DNA of 64,000 nt. It comes from Balneolales bacterium. Its GTDB lineage: Bacteria; Bacteroidota; Rhodothermia; Balneolales; Natronogracilivirgulaceae. The notes under the pieces are model-generated. The model saw nothing but the letters and a program-made list of their open reading frames with translations, had not been told where the DNA came from and made no database searches. Made by a program: the position numbers and the translations under genes. Where the stretch lies: NCBI GenBank assembly GCA_007128855.1, contig SKWQ01000002.1:4325-68324 (forward strand), written 5' to 3'. The number at the start of each line of letters is the position of its first letter. Positions within the stretch are counted from its first letter, which is position 1. Shown here piece after piece: positions 28,957 to 37,429 of this stretch.

Positions 28957-30090
28957 TTGTATCCCATGTTTGATTTATTCCGATTGAAAAGTATTACGTA
29001 TAAGACTTCCTCGTATTTTGCGATCAGATTTCTGCCGTTCCTTTTTTTGCTGTTCCCCGCAACTGTGGCTATGGCGGAAAAGGATTCCTCTGACCGTCCT
29101 GCAGGCACTGGTTTCCCTGATGGCGGGCTGCGCCAGACCGAATGGACGGATATGCTGCCACACACAAAACAGGGGGATTACTACAACGAGTTTTGGAGTT
29201 ATCATTTTTTCCTTGAGGATGACCTTCATTTGCACATGACATTTTCCCTGGCCAATTTCGGATCCATGAAAAGTCCGGTCAGCGGGGGCAAATTGTTTGT
29301 TTCCAATTTCAAGGGGAGAAACTACAATGTCGCCAGGGAGTATGCCATAGAACACTTTGTAATAGACGAGGAGCAGGACAAAATCCGCCTCCATCCCGGG
29401 CGTGACATCTATCTGTCCGGAAAGCTCCCCTACGAGCATCATGTTTTTTTCCAGACGTCCAAGGACGGCGTCAGCTACCTGGTGGATCTGGACTTTCACG
29501 ACATCGATCAGGGATATACCTGGGGCGATGGTATTTTCCGGCTGGAAAGCGAGGATATGGGCATCTTCGTACATATTCCACGGGCCGAGGTCAGCGGCAT
29601 CGTTGCCATCAACGATGACACATTGCACGTCAGCGGAACGGCCTACATGGATCACACCTATCAGACCAACCTGTCCTCAAAAGTGGTGAACAAGGGTTTC
29701 AGGCATATCACGCATACCGACAAGGGATTTCATATCGGCTACTATCTCATCCCAAAAAGGAGATCGCGGACCGATGTAGTCGGGTTGGCACTCAAACGGG
29801 AAAATTCCCCCACCCTGCTTGAGAAGCCCGTTCAGGTCACCGTACTGGACTCGGACCGGATCGGTGGCCGGTCTGTACCGCGCCATATCGAAGTTGTCTA
29901 TAAATCGGGCAATCGCAGCGTACTCAGCAGGCAGGATGATTTTCAGCATGTCTCCTTCCTTGAGGAAATCGGGGGCATACGCCGCCGGCTTGTCAGAAGT
30001 TTTCTGGGGGGTGAGGTGATCGAATATGTCGGCACCGGAGTAATCGATGGCAGCACACCTACAAATTATAATTTTTTCCTGGTTCATTGA
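28957..30090 (+). CDS. Secreted hypothetical protein, possibly AttH/CrtC-like lipocalin/beta-barrel fold
   Basis: 377 aa. Signal peptide ending 'ATVAMA|EKD'. 'YYNEFWSYHFFLEDD' is reminiscent of the EWWY motif of AttH/CrtC-like proteins. Family assignment is low confidence. Confidence 0.5.
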   Translation: MYPMFDLFRLKSITYKTSSYFAIRFLPFLFLLFPATVAMAEKDSSDRPAGTGFPDGGLRQTEWTDMLPHTKQGDYYNEFWSYHFFLEDDLHLHMTFSLANFGSMKSPVSGGKLFVSNFKGRNYNVAREYAIEHFVIDEEQDKIRLHPGRDIYLSGKLPYEHHVFFQTSKDGVSYLVDLDFHDIDQGYTWGDGIFRLESEDMGIFVHIPRAEVSGIVAINDDTLHVSGTAYMDHTYQTNLSSKVVNKGFRHITHTDKGFHIGYYLIPKRRSRTDVVGLALKRENSPTLLEKPVQVTVLDSDRIGGRSVPRHIEVVYKSGNRSVLSRQDDFQHVSFLEEIGGIRRRLVRSFLGGEVIEYVGTGVIDGSTPTNYNFFLVH

Positions 30091-30121
30091 ATCGTATTTT
30101 GCCCTCACTGAATTATCTGTC

Positions 30122-30937
30122 ATGTCGAAACAGGAAAATATTTCAAACAGTATACCGAGGGTCAGTTGTCTGATGGTCACTGCCAACCGCATGCGCCTTG
30201 CGGAGAGGGCTGTAAATTGTTTTAAGAATCAGACGTATCCCAACAAGGAGCTTGTGGTCATAGATGACGGCAAAGAGGACTACTCCCCCCTTTTCCGGGG
30301 TATCGAACCCCGGGACATCACCTATGTCCGGATCCCCAGGACCTCCAAGCTGGTGCTTGGCACTCTCCGCAACATTGCCCTTGAATACGCACAGGGCAAC
30401 TACCTGGTTCAGTGGGATGACGATGACTGGTATCATCCACAAAGGATTGCATTCCAGGCAGCTTATCTGGATCAGGGGTATGATGCCTGCTGCCTTTCCG
30501 CATCGCTGATGCATCTGGACAATCACGACTTTTTTTCTCTTCCGTATATTGGGTATCTTCCGAATGGCATTCCCGGTAGCATTATGCACCGGCGCAGCGA
30601 CAGTATTAGGTATCCGGAGTTTCGGAGGGCGGAAGATACGGTCTATCTCCGGCATTGGATGAAACGGCGGTACGCAAAGCTTCCGGAAGAGCATGCCGGA
30701 CTTTTCATCCGTTGTTTCCACGGTTCCAATACCTGGGAGGAGGAGCATTTCACCCGCCGAATCCGAAACAGTCCTGTCAGCTGGATGAACTACATGTATC
30801 ACAAGTTTTGGAAGGGGGACCTGTCGGGGCATCCGCGTTTCCGGCTCCCCTCTAATATCCGTTTGGCATTTGAGCAGTATGTCGATGATTCGCGTTCGCT
30901 GGACCTTTTCACAGCGATCTCGTTCCAGGAAGTATAG
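30122..30937 (+). CDS. Glycosyltransferase family 2
   Basis: 'VSCLMVTANRMRLAERAVNCFKNQTYPNKELVVIDDGKED' and the acidic motif 'WDDDDWYHP'. The ORF is open from 30047; Met at 30122. Confidence 0.8.
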   Translation: MSKQENISNSIPRVSCLMVTANRMRLAERAVNCFKNQTYPNKELVVIDDGKEDYSPLFRGIEPRDITYVRIPRTSKLVLGTLRNIALEYAQGNYLVQWDDDDWYHPQRIAFQAAYLDQGYDACCLSASLMHLDNHDFFSLPYIGYLPNGIPGSIMHRRSDSIRYPEFRRAEDTVYLRHWMKRRYAKLPEEHAGLFIRCFHGSNTWEEEHFTRRIRNSPVSWMNYMYHKFWKGDLSGHPRFRLPSNIRLAFEQYVDDSRSLDLFTAISFQEV

Positions 30938-31029
30938 CGCTTTCGCAACCGGGTCAGATGGTGGTCCGTCTGATGTCACCCGGTCATGGAAGCTGCCTCA
31001 TACGTTGAAAACCCAATTCAAAGAAACTG

Positions 31030-32112
31030 ATGAACATCATATATGTACAAAGCTATCCCGTTTACCATGACCTGATCGATGAGCAGGAGTTCGCAGAAAT
31101 TGCGAATCGGGACAAGTGGATGCCTGCATTGACTTCCCAGAGAGGGTACCCTTCTCAATTGTGGGCCGGTGGACATAAGTCGATGAAAACCGAGTGGCAG
31201 TATGACAACCTGCCGGGGGTTCCGATCCGCATATTCAAAACGGACCAAAGCGAAGGAAAAAGTCGCAACCACACCTCGCAGGCGCTCATTAAGGCAGCCA
31301 GGGAATCAGAAGCCGATCTCTTTGTCATCAAGGGTATGGACGGCGGCATCGGGGTGCAATTGGCCATGGAAGTGCTCATACCCAGGCGGATCCCCTTCGC
31401 GATTGTCATCGGCGGGGAGTGGTATCATCCAATAGTGAAACATGCCGTGGCGGTTCTCTATGAAACCGAGTATCAATTCCAGCAGCTGACCCGTCGCACA
31501 CTTCGTTTCTGGCGGAGCGTCGTGCCGGTACAGAAAATGATCCGTTTGCCGAAATCAGTGGACACCCGGCACTTCTCGCCAGACCGGGAAACAGGGAAAA
31601 CCCTTGACGTGATTGCAGCAGGTAGGCTGATCTCGCATTACAAGAATTACCAGCCTCTGTTTGAGCTTTCAAAAAAGAAGAAAGTCGGGGTGATTGGAGG
31701 CGGGCCCTTGCTTCCACAATTCCGGAGAAAATATCCGGAAATAACCTGGTTCGGACCGGTCTCTTATTCTGAAGTGCCGACCTATCTGAACATGGGCAAA
31801 TTGTACTTTCACAGTGGATATCGTGACCACTACCCCAGGACCATATCGGAAGCAGCGGCATGCGGAGTGCCCCCTGTAGCCTTCGAAGACATCATCCATG
31901 AGGATGTCATTCCGGAGACGATCGGACTGCGCGTATCCAAAAAAAATTATGTGGAAGAAATATCCGCTCTACTTGACAAACCCGAACTGCTTGCAAGGAA
32001 GTCTGCGGAATCGAGGAGCTACGCCAAAAAGAACCTGCACCACCTTTCAGCCCTGCCTGCCATAAGGGAAATGATCTCACGGGTACGTTCGTTGCGCAAC
32101 GCTTCGGGATGA
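31030..32112 (+). CDS. Glycosyltransferase, GT-B fold (family 4/1-like)
   Basis: 360 aa. The C-terminal half has 'GGGPLLPQF...YFHSGYRDHYPRTISEAAACGVPPVAFED', the E-x7-E-like region of GT4 enzymes. Confidence 0.7.
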   Translation: MNIIYVQSYPVYHDLIDEQEFAEIANRDKWMPALTSQRGYPSQLWAGGHKSMKTEWQYDNLPGVPIRIFKTDQSEGKSRNHTSQALIKAARESEADLFVIKGMDGGIGVQLAMEVLIPRRIPFAIVIGGEWYHPIVKHAVAVLYETEYQFQQLTRRTLRFWRSVVPVQKMIRLPKSVDTRHFSPDRETGKTLDVIAAGRLISHYKNYQPLFELSKKKKVGVIGGGPLLPQFRRKYPEITWFGPVSYSEVPTYLNMGKLYFHSGYRDHYPRTISEAAACGVPPVAFEDIIHEDVIPETIGLRVSKKNYVEEISALLDKPELLARKSAESRSYAKKNLHHLSALPAIREMISRVRSLRNASG

Positions 32113-33047
32113 CGCACCAGATAAAACGGGCCTGGGACCGCATGTCGGCGTTTGGCAACAGCCGAAATGGAAAAAAACTGCTCCGGTTTGCGAAATATCT
32201 GATCCAGGCGGTGATTGTGCTCATCCTTATAGGGCAGATCATTCAGATCGGATGGCGGAACATCCTTTCAGAGCTGCCCGTCCAGCCCTTTTATTACATC
32301 CTGTTCCTGCTGCTCTATTTCACCCTTCCCGTCACGGAGTATTTCACCTACAGCATCCGGTGGCCGATCCGGTTCTGGCAAAGTCAGGCGGTATTTCTCA
32401 AGAAGAGAATTTATAACAAGGTGGTGCTGGGATATTCCGGTGAAGTCCAGCTATACTTCTGGCTGAGCAGCCGGATGGGGATCGACAGGACCGAGGCCTA
32501 TGAGGTGGTCCGCGACAATAACATCCTCTCCACACTTGCCTCCACGTCTGTCGCGTTTCTGCTTCTTGTTGCCTTTACCGTAACCGGAAGGTTGCGTCTC
32601 GACGAGTGGGTATCACTGGACCAGCTGTTTTTTATGGTTCCGGTTGGACTGGCCCTGCTGGCAGCGGCGCTGCTGTTGCTCCGCAAGTACCGGGCCTATC
32701 TGTTTAGCATGTCCACCAGGCCGGCCTTGCTGATCTTTTCGCTGCACTGTGGACGCATGCTTCTGCTCACGGTTGTCCAGGTGGCACAATGGTACGTGGT
32801 GATGCCCTGGGTTGCGTTCGACATCTGGTTCACCATGATCGTCCTTCAGCTCATTCTCAGCCGGATACCCTTTCTGCCCAGCAAGGATCTGGTCTTCATT
32901 GGTACGAGCCTGGAGTTTGTCCGTCATGCGGGGGTATCAGCCGCGGGGATTGCGGGTTTGCTGCTTGTAAATCAGGTGCTCGACAAACTGATGAACCTGA
33001 TCATCTTCGCCATGCTATCACTGATTGAGCGTCACAATCAGGGGTAG
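32109..33047 (+). CDS. Polytopic membrane protein, LPG-synthase-TM / flippase-like family (tentative)
   Basis: 312 aa, about 8 TM helices. The start overlaps the GT4 stop (ATGA at 32109-32112). Family assignment comes from overall topology and context only. Confidence 0.55.
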   Translation: MTHQIKRAWDRMSAFGNSRNGKKLLRFAKYLIQAVIVLILIGQIIQIGWRNILSELPVQPFYYILFLLLYFTLPVTEYFTYSIRWPIRFWQSQAVFLKKRIYNKVVLGYSGEVQLYFWLSSRMGIDRTEAYEVVRDNNILSTLASTSVAFLLLVAFTVTGRLRLDEWVSLDQLFFMVPVGLALLAAALLLLRKYRAYLFSMSTRPALLIFSLHCGRMLLLTVVQVAQWYVVMPWVAFDIWFTMIVLQLILSRIPFLPSKDLVFIGTSLEFVRHAGVSAAGIAGLLLVNQVLDKLMNLIIFAMLSLIERHNQG

Positions 33048-33054
33048 CAGCACC

Positions 33055-34095
33055 TCAGGGTTCAACCGTTGCTTTTCCGGTAAGATCCTCCCATTCCCGC
33101 TCGGCGAACCGGTCAAACCACGGCTTCTGATGGTGCCAGCCAAAGTGCAGTATATAGGGTGTGACCCAGATGTGATCATCTCCGCGCGGAAGCGCCCGGA
33201 ACAATCCGAATAGCAGGTTTCGCGCTGTGTCGTTATTTATTCCACGGAGTGAGTGGACAAATGGGTTACAGTAATACTTGCAGGAGACTTCAGAAAAATC
33301 ATCGCTGACCCTTGTCAGTGAATGAATGAAGTCGAGCTGGATGCTTTCCTGGCCATTGAACCATGGATAGACAAACAGGTTCATCATGGATACGGCCATT
33401 CCCAGGCTCCACTCGCAACTCTCCAGGTTCCTTCCCTTTTCCTTCCTCCTGCTGACGAAATGGGTCTCGGCCTTGCGTTCAAGCAGATCTCTTGCCAGTT
33501 CGTTCACTTTGCGGGTCGTCTCCCGGTCTGCAGCGTACATCACTCCTGTTTGCACCCTGGCCAGATGGCTCAGACCAAAACGCCTGAGGGTCCGTTGCCG
33601 CCGCCGCAACACGATATCTGAAATGATCCGGATGTTTTTGTGGGATCCGAAAAAAACGTCCGCTGATTCCTGACCGGTGATGGTATAGGGATATGGCCGG
33701 AGCATCTGCCATACCCTGTCCGGGTTCCGGCACCAGATCATGTCAGAATCAAGATAGAGGTTCCGTTCGAATGGCATGTAGTGGTGAAGGTTGTGCTTGA
33801 AGCCGACTATGGATTGGTGGTCCTGATGCAGGTCGATGACCATGTCGAACGGCAGTTCAAAAGAAAGGGACTCCAGCTGCTGTCTGTGCTGCGGGCTGCA
33901 GACCAGGGCAATGGGCCGGTTGCGGTCGTGGCGCTTCAGTGTGGCTGCCGAGACAACGGCATCCCTGAGGTATTCTTCCGTTCCGTAGCTGGTGTAGAGA
34001 TAGCCCTCGTGTTGCTTCAATCCGGCAGTGCCGGAAGCTAAATCCTCTTTTGTTGACTCAGTTTTGGAACCAGATACATCGGCCATTAAGGACAC
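33055..34095 (-). CDS. Nucleotide-diphospho-sugar transferase, GT8-like (tentative)
   Basis: 346 aa. 'YLYTSYGTEEYLRDAVVSAATLKRHDRNRPIALV' and 'ERNLYLDSDMIWCRNPDRVW' (DxD) match the GT8/glycogenin-like N-terminal pattern. Confidence 0.5.
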   Translation of the reverse strand: MSLMADVSGSKTESTKEDLASGTAGLKQHEGYLYTSYGTEEYLRDAVVSAATLKRHDRNRPIALVCSPQHRQQLESLSFELPFDMVIDLHQDHQSIVGFKHNLHHYMPFERNLYLDSDMIWCRNPDRVWQMLRPYPYTITGQESADVFFGSHKNIRIISDIVLRRRQRTLRRFGLSHLARVQTGVMYAADRETTRKVNELARDLLERKAETHFVSRRKEKGRNLESCEWSLGMAVSMMNLFVYPWFNGQESIQLDFIHSLTRVSDDFSEVSCKYYCNPFVHSLRGINNDTARNLLFGLFRALPRGDDHIWVTPYILHFGWHHQKPWFDRFAEREWEDLTGKATVEP

Positions 34096-34343
34096 TCCGT
34101 TGTTACTTTGCCTCTGACAGCTTTTTGAAATAATTGCGATGGATTCGTTGATGGAAGTCCGTTATTGGAAATTAAAGAAACGGAATTTCAGCACGTTTCC
34201 AAAATAGTGTTATTTTAGTTGAAAGGAAGCATGATCCACGGTCAAAACTGTTGGGTTTTTTCCTTTTTCATTCATTCTGAAAGTTTGCAATAACAGGTCG
34301 CTGCAGTGTCTTTGCGCAACGGCCGAAAAACAGGTCTGCAATC

Positions 34344-35129
34344 ATGGAACAGGGATCAACACTGGTGAGCTGTCTGTTGCCTGTCGCATCGACTCCCGAA
34401 CGGCTGGCCAGGGCGATACTTTGCTATCAACAGCAAATCTGGGAGCACAAGGAGCTGGTCGTCATCGATGGGGGCAAGATGGACCTTGCCCCACTGCTAG
34501 AGGATATCCCCACCGGTGAACTGCAATACATCCGGACTGGAGCTGACATCGACAGGGATATCATATCACTGAAGAATATCGGTCTCGAGATGGCAAGAGG
34601 TGCTCACATCATTCACTGGGACCCAGGTGACTGGCACCATCCGGAACGCATACATCATCAGATGGCACATTTTGGCGATGGGATAGAAGTCAACTGGATG
34701 TCCGGAACCCTGCTGCATATCGATCATCCTGAACTTGTTCATCATCCCTATGCCGACAGCCCCAAGGCAGGGTATGCCGGCAGTCTGATGCACATCAATG
34801 ACCCGGAAAAACGATATGCGGCAGCATTGCGCGGGCAACCCGATCGTGCTTTCCTTTCGCAGTGGGATCCATCCCTGGCGCGTCAACTGTCCATGGATTA
34901 TGCCTGGCTGCTTGTTCGAGGTCTGGCCGGCGACAAAAGAAACAGAAGACGTTTCCTGGCGGGTTTACGTGGCTCATCAGGTGATATGGCCCGTCTGATT
35001 TGGCTCAGGATGCGCGGGCGTGACCGGCTGTCGCACCCGCGTTTCCGCCTGACTTCGGAGGCACGGGACAGCTTTCAGAAATACCTGCATGAGTCGGGCA
35101 AGCTGGGTATCATCGCATCCATCTCGTAA
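34344..35129 (+). CDS. GT2-like protein, paralog of 30122-30937 with altered acidic motifs
   Basis: 261 aa. It aligns by eye along its whole length with the GT2 at 30122-30937 ('KELVVIDGGK' vs 'KELVVIDDGK'; 'WDPGDWHHPERI' vs 'WDDDDWYHPQRI'; 'SHPRFRLTSEARDSFQKYLHES' vs 'GHPRFRLPSNIRLAFEQYVDDS'). Confidence 0.7.
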   Translation: MEQGSTLVSCLLPVASTPERLARAILCYQQQIWEHKELVVIDGGKMDLAPLLEDIPTGELQYIRTGADIDRDIISLKNIGLEMARGAHIIHWDPGDWHHPERIHHQMAHFGDGIEVNWMSGTLLHIDHPELVHHPYADSPKAGYAGSLMHINDPEKRYAAALRGQPDRAFLSQWDPSLARQLSMDYAWLLVRGLAGDKRNRRRFLAGLRGSSGDMARLIWLRMRGRDRLSHPRFRLTSEARDSFQKYLHESGKLGIIASIS

Positions 35130-35145
35130 GCGGCGGGCAGCTGAT

Positions 35146-35730
35146 TCAGGCCCTGTCAGCCCTGCGGCGAAGGTTATCGAGCAGCGCATCAAAACCTCTG
35201 CGCCGGATGATGTTCTGAAAGGAGCGCTTGTAGGATTCGGCCGTCCAGGCATTGTCGATGGACATATCGGTAATCACCCACTGGCCGTCACGGTTGACCA
35301 TTTTGTAATGAACGGGGATGCGTTTACTGCCGTGTATGGCGGTGGTTACCACTTTGGCATCGCTGCCATCCACATTGATCTCCTCGTAGATGACCTCAGC
35401 CCGGTAAATGTCCAGCTGTTGAAGAGACTGGTCGCGGATGATCCGTGAAAAAAGATCCACGAACTCATCCTGATCATCCTTGTTCAGCTCATCAAACGTC
35501 TCATCAAGGGCATATCGGGCCATTTCCCGATAGTCTATCATATCGTTCACGATTTCACGCAGCTGTTCTTGTTGCTGGTCGGTGTACTCAGTTCCCTCCG
35601 GACCCAGGAGTTCCTTGATCTGGTTGTCCCGCTGCTCCAGTAATGTCCTCACCTCCCGTTCTTTTGAGGGAGTTGCGAAAACAGTTGCCGATGACACGAG
35701 CATTATGGTGAACAATACGAAATATTTCAT
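35146..35730 (-). CDS. MlaC/Ttg2D-family periplasmic lipid-binding protein
   Basis: 194 aa with a signal peptide. 'MIDYREMARYALDETFDEL...FVDLFSRII' and 'IPVHYKMVNRDGQWVITDMSIDNAWTAESYKRSFQNIIRRRGFDALLDNL' follow the MlaC pattern (compare E. coli '[21 protein letters not shown]...KGIDGL'). Confidence 0.6.
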   Translation of the reverse strand: MKYFVLFTIMLVSSATVFATPSKEREVRTLLEQRDNQIKELLGPEGTEYTDQQQEQLREIVNDMIDYREMARYALDETFDELNKDDQDEFVDLFSRIIRDQSLQQLDIYRAEVIYEEINVDGSDAKVVTTAIHGSKRIPVHYKMVNRDGQWVITDMSIDNAWTAESYKRSFQNIIRRRGFDALLDNLRRRADRA

Positions 35731-35851
35731 GACTGCGATGTTTGAATTTGGATTCGTTCCTGCTGATCCGGTGTTGCCTGCTGTCCGGATGAGTATTTGT
35801 TACTGGTTTATACGTTTCATCGGTGATTTTGTTCGATTTGGGTGCAGCAGA

Positions 35852-37267
35852 TCATCGGGCGCTGCCGCCTGGCGTCAACTCGCTGATCGGAAGTCCTGCA
35901 GACCGATGGAGTCGCGCAATTCTAAGATTGAGGTCAAACGTAAGCTGGCTGATCTCGAGTTCCAGTTCCATCTTCTTCTTAACGGCGTCCAGCAGGTTTC
36001 TGACATCCCCGAATCCGATATCCAGGTCAATTTGTTCGGTCCGGACCCACTCGCTGCTGATCTCCAGGGCCTGGACCCGGCTTTTCCTTCTGGATTCAAT
36101 GGTCCGTGCATCGCGGTACCGGTCGCTCAGTTCCAGCAAGATTCCATCCGAGGCGGCATCATGGAAATCGTCAATCTGTCGTTTCTGGATCCTGGAGCGT
36201 TCGACCTGGTTGCGGATCTGCAGAAAGTTCAGGTTTTGCTGAAAACCGACGCCTATCCGCGCAGACATGTAATTGGTGTTGTTCCGTATAAATGGATTAT
36301 TCTGTCGCGGACGGTTGGGAGTATATCCGAAACCGGCACTTAGTCCGAGAAACAGACCGGGATAGTACTGTGCCCTGGCGGCATCCACCCCGTAAGAAGC
36401 CGCATCACTGGCGGCCCGTAACCCTTTCAATTCGGAGCGGTTGAACAGTGCGCTGTTCTCATAGAATCCAAAATCCTGGATGGAAGTTGCCACCGGGTCG
36501 AAAAAACGCTCAGCCGGCAGATAGACGCGGTCGGATCCGCTTGCCAGCACCATGTCCCAGGATCTTCGGATGAAGTCACGTGTCTGCTCCATTTCCGCAA
36601 CCTGTGCTTCGAACTCTGTTTTGAGGATATAGAATTCAAAGACGTCTTTCTCTTCGATGGATGGGTCCCCTTCATCCCTGAGTCGCTCCAGCTCTCTTTC
36701 GACTTCATTGAGCTGCCTCTGTGCATCGCTGATGAGCCGCTCCAGGTCCGAAATCAGCAAGGCCGATTGATAGAGTTCAAACAACTGGAGCGTAAAAGTC
36801 TCATTTTGGGCATCCAGTTCGTAACGGGCGGCTTCTGCCCCTTTTCTGGCAGCGCGGGAAAGGTTGTCGATGGCCCCCCAGGTGTAAATGGGCTGAACAC
36901 CGCTTACCTCAGCCTGAGTAAAAATACCCCAATCTTCCCAGTCGTTTTCCAGATTCGGGTCCAGATAGTATCTGCCAGGGGTGATATCAGGGTCCTGTGA
37001 CTTGACGCCTGGCACCAGTCCATGGGCCGTAGTAAGTCTCAGGTTGGGCAGTATCCGGGCGGCTTGCGCCTGACGCACCCTGTTCTCGGCCAGGTCCACA
37101 TTCCTGCGGCGCGCGTCCAGGTTTGCCGAATACTCCTGTGCAATCTCGGCAAACTCCGCGAACGTGATGTGGACGGTATCGGGTTCCTGGGAGTGGGCTC
37201 CTGCTGCTGGATGTGCGAATAGTACCAGGAGGAACACGAAAATAAAGGGTGACGTGATCTTCTGCAT
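35852..37267 (-). CDS. TolC-family outer membrane efflux protein
   Basis: 471 aa with a signal peptide. It has the two-repeat OEP architecture, with long helical segments alternating with short beta segments ('LDLAENRVRQAQAARILPNLRL...'). Confidence 0.8.
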   Translation of the reverse strand: MQKITSPFIFVFLLVLFAHPAAGAHSQEPDTVHITFAEFAEIAQEYSANLDARRRNVDLAENRVRQAQAARILPNLRLTTAHGLVPGVKSQDPDITPGRYYLDPNLENDWEDWGIFTQAEVSGVQPIYTWGAIDNLSRAARKGAEAARYELDAQNETFTLQLFELYQSALLISDLERLISDAQRQLNEVERELERLRDEGDPSIEEKDVFEFYILKTEFEAQVAEMEQTRDFIRRSWDMVLASGSDRVYLPAERFFDPVATSIQDFGFYENSALFNRSELKGLRAASDAASYGVDAARAQYYPGLFLGLSAGFGYTPNRPRQNNPFIRNNTNYMSARIGVGFQQNLNFLQIRNQVERSRIQKRQIDDFHDAASDGILLELSDRYRDARTIESRRKSRVQALEISSEWVRTEQIDLDIGFGDVRNLLDAVKKKMELELEISQLTFDLNLRIARLHRSAGLPISELTPGGSAR

Positions 37268-37290
37268 GGATCATCCGGATTGGAAAGTGC

Positions 37291-37318
37291 AAAAAAAAAA
37301 GCTCCTTTGCGGAGCTTT
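37291..37318 (-). terminator. Rho-independent terminator downstream of tRNA-Ser and the atp operon
   Basis: On the minus strand: 8-bp stem AAAGCTCC/GGAGCTTT (37298-37305 and 37311-37318), loop GCAAA, followed by a T-run (the + strand A-run at 37291-37300). Confidence 0.8.
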
Positions 37319-37323
37319 GTGAG

Positions 37324-37408
37324 CGGAGAGAGAGGGATTCGAACCCCCGGAGCCTTGCGGCTCAACGGTTTTCAAGACCGCCGCATTCGACCACTCTGCC
37401 ATCTCTCC
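37324..37408 (-). tRNA. tRNA-Ser (anticodon UGA)
   Basis: The reverse complement reads GGAGAGATGGCAGAGTGGTCGAATGC...GGTCTTGAAAACC...long variable arm...GGGGGTTCGAATCCCTCTCTCTCCG. It has a 7-bp acceptor stem, anticodon loop CT-TGA-AA and TPsiC GGTTCGAATCC. No encoded CCA. Confidence 0.9.
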
Positions 37409-37429
37409 GGGAAAGCCAAAGATACATAA

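Noticed and set aside
30143-30979. A 278-aa minus-strand ORF opposite the GT2 at 30122-30937.
   Set aside because: The + strand frame has canonical GT2 motifs and a full-length paralog at 34344-35129. The antisense ORF is a shadow ORF.
26199-37408. The GT and lipid-transport block as a tRNA-Ser-integrated genomic island.
   Set aside because: I found no integrase or transposase gene in the block, and no second copy of the tRNA 3' end (GGGATTCGAACC...) in its intergenic regions by eye. A compositional difference could not be quantified without computation. This is left as a chromosomal locus.
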